Part shown: positions 58,901 through 62,208 of the stretch, piece by piece
Position numbering within the stretch: position 1 is the first letter of the stretch
How the letters are laid out: each line of letters begins with the position of its first letter
Assembly (NCBI GenBank): GCA_964464175.1
Contig: CAYXFD010000004.1
Location: forward strand, 73,892-137,891
DNA from: an uncultured Candidatus Cloacimonadota bacterium
Lineage (GTDB): Bacteria > Cloacimonadota > Cloacimonadia > Cloacimonadales > JAJBBL01
DNA: 64,000 bases
Direction of reading: 5' to 3'
Program-made: the position numbers and the translations under genes
Notes under the pieces: generated by a model
Database searches by the model: none
The model's input: only the letters and a program-made list of their open reading frames with translations
Told to the model about the DNA's origin: nothing

Positions 58901-60966
58901 ATGGAACTGAAGTAGCTATTGGAGTAGCTTATGAAGACCTTGCCGGATTTGTCGTCTTAGAAACCGGTGAATGGTGGTGGGATGACGAATTCCCGGGATG
59001 GTTCTGGAACGAGTACATGGTTTATTATACTGGCGGAAGCGGCATAAATACCAACGTAGTTGCAGTTTACCTTAACGGACATAATATCGAAGAAATGCCG
59101 GGTGCTAACGTGGATAAGAACTCAGGAACCTACATTGCTAACTTCGATGAACTTCTTGATCCGGGTGAATACAACGTAATTGCTACAGTTACCGATAATG
59201 CCGGTAATGTTGCTTCACTGTCATACAGCTTTACCGTTGTTGGCGGTGCTCCAACCATTACCTTCAATCCGGTTAACGGCGAAGAATGGTGGCTCAATTC
59301 TACCGAGCACAATGAGTTTAGTTTTGAGGTTGAATCTCAGAACCAGCTTGCCAGCGGTGGTATTGTTGCTAACTTCTACAGTGTACCTGCTAATGAACTG
59401 ATCCAGGGTCCGATGACCCCCACACCAGGAACTGATGAAACCTTTAGCGTTCATTTACAAGGTGGTATCGTTCCTGCTAATCAGACAGGTGTACGCTTAG
59501 AGGTAACCGCTACCGACGTTTGGGGTGGAACTTCAACCGGTAATCAGGTTTACGGTATTGATAACTATCAACCAATGATAACTTTCCATACCCCGGAAGA
59601 CGGAGCAGGCTTTGCTTACGGTCATGGTGTTAATATCACCGCAACTGTTAGTGATCAAGCTCCAACCAGAGCTCTGGTTTCCGGACCGAGCCGAAATACA
59701 ATGTCAACTGCCCGTGTAGCTTCCAGAGATATCGGACGAGAAGTACTTCAAGGAACTACAACCGGCATAACAGCAGATAGAATGCGTGGCGATGATGACG
59801 ACAGAGCAGGCTCAGGATTGATCGAAGTCAGACTGAGAGTTGTTAAGCCGTCAGGTGAATATGCCTATAATGAATTTGTTCACAGTGATGGTGTATTGCC
59901 GGTCATAGCAATTTCTGAAACGATCAATTCGATGGATCTCGATGAATACGGAACCTACAATATTAATATTGTAGCCAAAGATCGGGCTCATAATACAAGT
60001 GTAGCTTCCATTAGCTTCCAAGTTGTAACGACTCAGACCCCGGCAGTCACAATTAATCCGATAGAAGGATGGCTGAGTAACACAGAGACTAATGAATTAA
60101 CCTTCCAGGTTGATTCAGCTGATAACAACATCACAGCCTCTGCTAAGGTCTATGCTATACCTTCAGGAGATATGATAATTGAACCCACAACAATCAGCCC
60201 GAACCAGAATGGAGTTTATATCGTGAATCTGCACGGTAGTCTCATTCCAGAGCTTTCAACAGCAGTCAGACTGGAAGTAACGGCAACCGACAGCTTCGGA
60301 CTGGTAGGACAAGCAACACGACTGTTCAACGTAGATAATACTCCTCCGGAAATAACGGTATTTACTCCGGAATCCGGAACTGAGATTACCCTGATTGACG
60401 CAGAGACAACTATCAACATCTATGCTGAATTCAGTACGTCTGGTTCAGGCATTGCCAGTGCCAAACTGAGAATGACCAATCCGCATAATGTGGTTCAGAC
60501 AATTGCAGAAGTTGGAGCTGGCAGTGAGGAGATATCTGCTGTAGTCAGCGATCTCAGTGTAGGTAATTACACAGTGCGCTTAACTGTCATGGATATCGCA
60601 GGTAATCAGGTAACTGAAAGTATCACTTTCAGAGTGATCCCTGCTCCTGCTGAACCTGAAGTCCTAGCTCTCGGAGAAGCCTTTGTTTATCCGAATCCAG
60701 TTGATTCAGAAACAGGTGCAACCTTCAGAGTTGAGATGAATACTGCCGCTAACGTCACAATCAGAATCTATGACTTTGCCGGAAACGAAGTAAGGGTTCT
60801 GGACAGAAATGCTCACACCGGCAGATCAGATTACATGGAAGTTGTTTGGGACGGAAGAAACAATAACGGTCAGAAATTGGCACGCGGTGCATATTTCGCC
60901 CGCATAGTCGCTAACGATGGCAAAAAGATTGTTGAGAAAGTAGTAAAAGTAGCTATCATAAAATAA
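43993..60966 (+). CDS. Giant (5,657-aa) acidic secreted protein: array of Ig-like/beta-sandwich modules ending in a T9SS type-A-like C-terminal sorting domain (putative adhesin or surface-layer component)
   Basis: Single open frame of 16,974 nt. GAGGAGG at 43981-43987 lies 5 nt before ATG 43993. Signal peptide MRVKPSGTLRLVAFLVLFAMLFGFSASELYAQ. Recurrent module-boundary motifs D-x-x-x-P (DNTPPEITVF, DNYQPMITFH, DTTPPEAVIT, DTTPPMIEDV, DNVTPEIFSF, DNNAPETRFT, DTVAPTATVA, DTEPPLILDV). Also D..SGI..V (DDGSGIADVQL, DNESGIAGVQF, ASGIERVEF, GSGIASAKL) and D..GN (YDNVGNES, TDNAGNVAS, MDIAGNQVT, RDIAGNYAT). Confidence 0.85.
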   Translation: MRVKPSGTLRLVAFLVLFAMLFGFSASELYAQSRAFDETHIAVSITDPATDARVIIGSTVRVELTDPSIGDPTEVASASVDYSLFGVADEVDMDWDDDISRWVAEYIVVEGTLNDENAHVEVHAAYVGGGGQWTVDDAVFVVNNIAADVNGLTLDIEVEDADDDGKAILGSTIIVKFELSDVDEATADFSDFGGGAAVPFVEDAGEWTAQYLVQVGDEEGTGVVEVSVFVDGNPNPGIVDSDPIAYNNKFQAEIELIGYDDPEVPNDLETGAANLVYSITYLPGAGVAWNDADLQIGYMDDDGITFVPIATVGISGPFVEGVDEYRWNLAIPHNLPHARVIVWVELFDAFDNGAEHYSYFNITPLPEITITDIDNFADPIRVDDNGFFWVPAEGNGVQVTFDVSNIQRFDEDEGLIVTLSNEDADFEVEKEIVIDPLVATYTAEFAYDDIFDTTRSAATPGTLDGKTITVEVSGQVKGFTAVDDDSDLIEEIIDETTFTVDQQPVITDVVFLKPHTDGLTVFNSIWLQDHPYAENRRVVVTVESPNDVTVPTISTVDYIGTDFNYNHIETDEYFDDEDNRFQVFTYRLQFLGLEFEEEEDIYAVIGFEFSTETVSGYPGEDYLHEIVVVEVPDRAVVTGYSPDDDTRDDEDTWFSPRHRLDVVYNFKSIVNPYTNNGQRPPALADFEEIVDDIVLNWRFALPIGEGSTQDIIETITLQQGTEEVDYPLYQYAARWEQYPNVPFIWHHYDDGEDVTLRFIVDLLYNPNNAVPTERTIYVDKQVPVYDEDLLYIAVMSGEPVDGDFQLIDDGFDPNKIITLALTPDGEWPADDVTGDPYKIYLKYRAKDDFLPLNNGSGVADIEAPSVPAGWSVSEFIPADLRDPFLEKIFALTPANPENINEEYDFSVTLGTVIDNVGHYNYGGEINHYDPNWQGSGPELNFTFTSDYLYELEFARAYKIDELIHPDDRWLWDYSAPYVKTEANIGFQMKLETPDVGRGVDVDEINITSIELNTYWVTNTTGTDTVWVELAYDAVSDVWYLDQPVQVSENYGHGDTIKFQYRINYEITYIGSPETTTAYKLSSVIDGLAIVDDQRAGLTSVEIWSESLGYGQEGYVVPGDQEGILQIEFVDVGNYFYGLDVDPDNPHQPAVPTLIVNDLDNFIAGRYDEDLDVVVPMPAAYFVQAEDLEWTQTDGINGIWTATIDNLVIFDPGTFIEYFTYNVNDVVGNGFHNGQRHVRIVANGPIVPFIDDAKLVTELQTGEQVDNYLARISEIPLDTAVDPYQRVEIFIDTEYTAYITEVDVYPADPEVEGLEFVFAGYRTSEFGEPGQHVAMFYALVHENFNREHGELIELVAETQGEPIGQPIFEMTHNFEVIFDDSEVLDFTATEAFVQGSGTGLGGQEWINDVFHPERDMRVVAVFPNLGGMLVDDEDINIDFLNTDLTNWFVLNIDEFGIENRFADDIEVVWVPDEDEVRMREDEEETGTYYATVVWNIPAFEIPLAEDLTEDSYTLAIDYKNIYKLHKDLDIEFYKDVEAPEIVDYKLYYLDADEEYVEIDDAYTDGVFAADQDWSRIRVFFADNPENNAGLQDVMIAFEAYPETYQYDDEYPLALLALNSIEKTNWEIFADGTGYVDLEFVETLEGDLYSGRHLANGLYKVVINHLKDKFDNEPLDEFDEPIEFVQDFLFNYHPADMTINIGGQTSDFALNLSDGPLDIMAYTDSEMGIEGIEFRLYYDDNNLGEDGFDPTNTNLNHHLTGTPDFTFPYTAIWNMDDEAFYAFLDDFAYRVYDDDGGYELLPYRGFYLRASAIVQGRDLFDVIEYIQLVDDVAPVPAPHMDDIVKMINYIYPAQNVLNIPVDFNIIDAEEVKVEIYSNGELIETLVQDVVDPHGTTNLEWDFDGRLPGTYTTAVYGKDISENWSNAVAGPMIYLENAVMKAVVETNVYRFRDTPHEELPLSGDPYLTLGPNFYIDGDTPLIIDDENFIMLEAVIYNTYVDFADEPLMGIESLSFYGEFFEYLYYESFRSRDEEPPVPDHTVELVPNDPTHQPHVGVDGVIPSSIIPVFYNAVEDRHEGRIRLAVPNNIFDGFIAEGEDFEFWFKANIVPIDEFEGIDPPDPANLPFAGFRVDLRAPELAITPVYQPGLELMSWEKPGSFVVAGELPVYDINDVFVTGLQWKIEDEDDWKNAWFDNVVIPDVPDNMLYNYQDWMIMGGAADTFLGDSFEGAVQIRVFAEDEVGNLFESEVVLVDVDNNAPETRFTHAVHPTVDPELYIENTNLALIGQTVHTDNDSLFIYEGENALRLFVEKDGLDADLQPPLHVYFRNVNDPWQIDGAGHGVPYSPNVPLDPWNFGFVLPPNISMYQFTILAEDLPAGEYHFVVAAKDEMENLEGDTASDIHAYTGGLTPDELDAMDYLWIVVEPEPKVITEIVSHNDSDIVGGWINLAATSAQQNIDELHQTMRFERRMQGEDWIEIATIDKAVDSNDVFFHLKKSQIPQFDGLNGDLGIFIYNPANGDLWEMTAEMDDDEVVAWSATLDLPFGNYELEYHLDLNGDGVVNSIDSYIAYYQLGVGVDNSDYDQEHFHILPAAYLPPFVVTEWMYALDTTEITGARTEVGYGLYEIRALPLDIDVPDGYTEELHARELLIDNVTPEIFSFTATASEQMIAPGTEQDFVTSINPETLLVPFDDILELSYQYSLQPADTDENRQWITIETLDTNNMAGLYYWQWDAPIVDHMPEPDTWFYLRIYVRDIAGNYATSVEYPILVKGSGPEMLVDTINEVPIDSENNVFVIPEPVYDDVNDEYVVIIDVAATLQDTQPIVFTHPVTGEELSVEPLMAKFEYQYKESMPQPWSAWTEFDDEFVPVTNGIATMPLQLDPQDLWEGYYRFRVITKDIFDNETAAADAPVTYVIFDALLFSSPAMITQIGNVDEIVPDPADEDAFYTFAQSRTAYQGNIHINLADHDEIASITVEWNQENVDNGWNNIYTTPANQPVIETPFWNPPATFEDDYIYVRVKVHDGLGNSEVAHTVRVFIDTVAPTATVAYVGQTVPDNGGGARRDDEDQDPVIEDLLIANDKTVILNDRDLIIELDYHNLIDNDTINDIKKMEITVNRVYSLSGDRVMIVDPDDEFDRYLLFSETFGHINAAPVSIVIPADDVPRNFGPIVPLSNLPDGIYEIEIWLTDYAGNILLDDDDEPQPNTFDELQELYIDTEPPLILDVVSTSHPNNVAVYNETVQFDVSYLDLIGVPETDAFTVVFSHGDLTQEVNEYMFDEDTGNILFSWTPSPEFVQLFASGSTEKQIDMAIWATDYLGNAIANPFGMIFTLIATDPYYPAKIYVVRDNTVVDGDRDQFVDWTDDEGSVEHYIGTDRTPGEDPFEPMLYSYIPQTVAYGIDNLANVEYRFYYQHEDDDSDDWTLIGSKQGNQFDVGPNVLNYFIQHPALYHHQYSIAWDIVDLPGGNYIIRTVSNYSDVNDLIEEKISDIHVAVYEGTIIPHVVIYDNMTGLNVDVDQVERGMPYRYELRTENFEGDAQFVNSLRYKFRYVEFDANGNEVPVSEWKYFVDENYDNDPMVVDWHITDAPYIYPWYIYDYYTVDAYIKIVGYAKDNWGTLTLLNDILVNEDAYTYAQIVDTTPPMIEDVLVYWTDQDPIDPAYDWVSGALVDVDGDPVDNQVQVKAMLETNVDVHDIDYVEFWFEGVLIATHTNHIPINGELWTDLYAIELPNDPAVLSGMIEVVAYDVNDNASEPFEVMINIDNVDPVTELVVKDTEGNEIDPRYLGLWETVILDAQAYDNESGIAGVQFSFAHVDDVRDDHMYYSICEDELIPREDIGPYAYEFQIKPSYEEGDQARLQNGFVFGEYYVFKAVVVDNVGLEDESMTDEYQVTYGATATILRVEDPASNRWHPNVNNIIPVRLHGDFNIVTQVNVDDELERVEYLLHTENENWEEAMSLDIVDVNGGFANLVINLDDEDVYPADEYYIGVRPRERDTRLYFPVVDYAHITLDRVMDVEWTHHDTVIDFNGEEFVVHFTVLSDDELIVGPDAQIVLEYKIPGVDMPDHDWRALNVGSQTLQRISTTTYKAIFTDIDIWHVPAVDLLNGVLNFRFTAEDKAFPVPNEDHIVMNDIMYDTTPPEAVITSVTFDGEDENLVNNDPIVIPLGSVMELEAHAWDVLYGQYVAVASGIERVEFYYTTNDAPVLPGIDNWHDDWSLIGVQEDGDEMFTQSWNTNGYPLGNNYKLMVVAYDNVGNESAVTPEDLINVNIVVPENLEPYAFVTAMTFDNDVADSDFLYAVSKAWAADDTIDAVVFEYFNGAEWTQFTQAVQEQNLSNNEILWKAQFNAEGMGTWGVSAIRAVVTYNGIESAIKPELEVVYNQGGILEPLIPTDVELYYDNLINVYNDANNLYVTSIHDGEWEEMPNVLSVYGGYEASYNVDASGMYHFWASSLFYIYDGDNELEDVVVHLGKAELIVYDYGTVSDNDNVIMTTIPDGTDYLYFQNVGNEMAPPEGIEFLSDQKAVTASPVQDLTLTMALNDLMDEGTVVGMHYDGDMWQLVAAVVDEDAMTATFEAESGHIYAVGQYTGVVIEAAFVSFDPQHIDNLNNYWTDADPEIKFFVYEGIDDNGYMAPEPGTFTYEMYISVPPLDHEVLIPDNDLTYDQGYVTYDAADLVHIHEYTVRLVVSKDGFVSEASRNFWADAAGPTIQPLASGGQLNHENRIIEAIIIDDGSGIADVQLTLTFVRGRTSSYSSIVVPLSNLMVNGDVYSYEVSYDDLIQLGYRFIDSYDLRETQILSATWEATDNVDYNTVADPAFYTVNIEGPIIHFTGFEDGWWLNPTANTPLTFDIIVPDGRIMPTDGVEITLIEVTQSDPTEPGDNIENMIQFMTLAPIGPPVDGVYSYELNFGYNISPQAIAVRLEVEATDNYEIKNYSEQTYGTDYVAPFAWALSPIGDIVDPEVHPPTYESAVVSYGTEVAIGVAYEDLAGFVVLETGEWWWDDEFPGWFWNEYMVYYTGGSGINTNVVAVYLNGHNIEEMPGANVDKNSGTYIANFDELLDPGEYNVIATVTDNAGNVASLSYSFTVVGGAPTITFNPVNGEEWWLNSTEHNEFSFEVESQNQLASGGIVANFYSVPANELIQGPMTPTPGTDETFSVHLQGGIVPANQTGVRLEVTATDVWGGTSTGNQVYGIDNYQPMITFHTPEDGAGFAYGHGVNITATVSDQAPTRALVSGPSRNTMSTARVASRDIGREVLQGTTTGITADRMRGDDDDRAGSGLIEVRLRVVKPSGEYAYNEFVHSDGVLPVIAISETINSMDLDEYGTYNINIVAKDRAHNTSVASISFQVVTTQTPAVTINPIEGWLSNTETNELTFQVDSADNNITASAKVYAIPSGDMIIEPTTISPNQNGVYIVNLHGSLIPELSTAVRLEVTATDSFGLVGQATRLFNVDNTPPEITVFTPESGTEITLIDAETTINIYAEFSTSGSGIASAKLRMTNPHNVVQTIAEVGAGSEEISAVVSDLSVGNYTVRLTVMDIAGNQVTESITFRVIPAPAEPEVLALGEAFVYPNPVDSETGATFRVEMNTAANVTIRIYDFAGNEVRVLDRNAHTGRSDYMEVVWDGRNNNGQKLARGAYFARIVANDGKKIVEKVVKVAIIK
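58439..60450 (+). repeat. Three diverged ~250-258-aa super-modules inside the giant ORF
   Basis: Signature (A/G)VRLEV(E/T)ATD at 58732-58761, 59488-59517 and 60262-60291 (spacings 756 and 774 nt). Each is preceded by P.I.F/N..(E)GWW/WL(N/S).T....F and followed by D(N/T)..P.I....P(E).G. Confidence 0.7.
60685..60963 (+). other. T9SS-type C-terminal sorting domain of the giant protein
   Basis: VYPNPVDSETGATFRVEMNTAANVTIRIYDFAGNEVRVLDRNAHTGRSDYMEVVWDGRNNNGQKLARGAYFARIVANDGKKIVEKVVKVAIIK aligns motif-for-motif with the C-terminus of the 11589-12980 protein. Confidence 0.7.
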
Positions 60967-60976
60967 ATGAGTAGCT

Positions 60977-60998
60977 GGGGCACGGCTTGCCGTGCCCC
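60977..60998 (+). terminator. GC-rich hairpin (partial terminator or attenuator) between the giant ORF and the beta-barrel gene
   Basis: GGGGCACGG-CTTG-CCGTGCCCC, 11 nt after the stop, followed by CTGCTTCTCTT (weak U-tract). The next gene's SD is 18 nt further on. Confidence 0.45.
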
Positions 60999-61026
60999 CT
61001 GCTTCTCTTAAATAATGGAGGAATAA

Positions 61027-61980
61027 ATGAAAAATGTTAGATTGATACTCATTGCCCTGATGCTAATTACTGCTTTAGGTTCTCTCTTTGCCGACAATTC
61101 GGCTGCTGTCTATACAAGGATCGGCATCGATGCTCGTTCAGTCGGAATGGGTGGAACCGGAGCAGCTTTCCTGGATAATGTTACAGCAACCTATATCAAT
61201 CCTGCTGTTCTGGCTGATGTGAAAAGAATTGAGTTCTCTTCCGCAACCCGGCAGAATATGGAGTGGGATAAGAATCAGCACGCTGCTGCCTTAGGGTTTA
61301 AACTCCCTTACGGTTATGTAGCCTTGTCATGGCAGAATGCCCATACCAGTGATTTTCAGGGTTATAATGCCGATGGGACTGCAAGCGACAAATTCAGCGT
61401 TGGTGATCATAACTTAGGAGTTAGTTTTGCTGCGAGTTTTAGCCGTTTTAACTTTGGGATTACTCCTAGACTCTATATGTCGAACATTGAAGATGAATCA
61501 ACTACCGGTTATGGAGTTGATCTCGGTTTTCTGTATCATATTAACCGTTATTTTAATTTCGGTTTTGCCGCCCGGGACGTAATCTCAGATTATGATGGAG
61601 AAGGGACAGAAGTATCTCGAGTATTTATCCCCTCGATAGCTGCTTTTCCGATTCCCGGTTTGACGATAGCCGCTGATCTTATTGGGGTAGAGGATTTTGA
61701 TGAACCGCAACTTAGATTAGGAGCCGAATACTGGATTGGTGTCGGTGATGAAGCCGATATGGGTTCCAGCTTATCGGGGATAAGAGTCAGAGAGAGTTCT
61801 ACCTGGTCAGATATTATGTCAAAAACACAAGCCGGTATTCGCGGTGGTGTTAATGACGGGGCATTTACAGCAGGTTTTGGACTTAGATTTCAAATGTTAG
61901 AGCTCAATTATGCTTATCAGGTAGCCAAGGAAGAATTCACCAACGATCATCACACCTATTCTCTGTTGCTTAGATTCTGA
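61027..61980 (+). CDS. Outer-membrane beta-barrel protein, PorV/PorQ-like (or PorP/SprF-like)
   Basis: Signal peptide MKNVRLILIALMLITALGSLFA. N-terminal GIDARSVGMGGTGAAFLDNVTATYINPAVLA motif typical of PorV/PorQ-type barrels. Alternating strands and a terminal ...YSLLLRF. GGAGG SD 5 nt upstream. Confidence 0.5.
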   Translation: MKNVRLILIALMLITALGSLFADNSAAVYTRIGIDARSVGMGGTGAAFLDNVTATYINPAVLADVKRIEFSSATRQNMEWDKNQHAAALGFKLPYGYVALSWQNAHTSDFQGYNADGTASDKFSVGDHNLGVSFAASFSRFNFGITPRLYMSNIEDESTTGYGVDLGFLYHINRYFNFGFAARDVISDYDGEGTEVSRVFIPSIAAFPIPGLTIAADLIGVEDFDEPQLRLGAEYWIGVGDEADMGSSLSGIRVRESSTWSDIMSKTQAGIRGGVNDGAFTAGFGLRFQMLELNYAYQVAKEEFTNDHHTYSLLLRF

Positions 61981-62095
61981 TAGGTTGTTGAGATAATGAT
62001 AACTTAGTTATCCAAGCCAGTTCGTACTTCACGGAGCAGGTGTCATTTTTTAAAATGATAGTTTTCCGTTGATGACTGACAGGATGCCTTGAAAT

Positions 62096-62152
62096 GCAGA
62101 AGCTTAGGTGAAGCTGTCATAAGCTTTACCTTAGCTTTATGCAGAGGTATTT
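62096..62152 (+). terminator. Imperfect long hairpin followed by a T-rich tract (possible terminator)
   Basis: GCAGAAGCTTAGGTGAAGCT-GTCAT-AAGCTTTACCTTAGCTTTATGC, then ...TTTATTTTTCTTAGTCTTTTTT. Confidence 0.35.
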
Positions 62153-62208
62153 ATTTTTCTTAGTCTTTTTTGATTCTGGATTGATAACGTAATCTAAGGG
62201 AGATTGAT

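Noticed and set aside
44182-60419. Many long minus-strand ORFs inside the giant gene (for example 45064-45582, 49702-50214, 52087-52470, 53887-54318, 55150-55749).
   Set aside because: All lie antisense to a continuous, motif-rich coding frame. Their products are low-complexity Ile/Asn/Ser/Phe-rich strings with no SD or recognisable motifs. The sense strand's GAT/GAA/AAT-rich codon usage naturally removes antisense stops.
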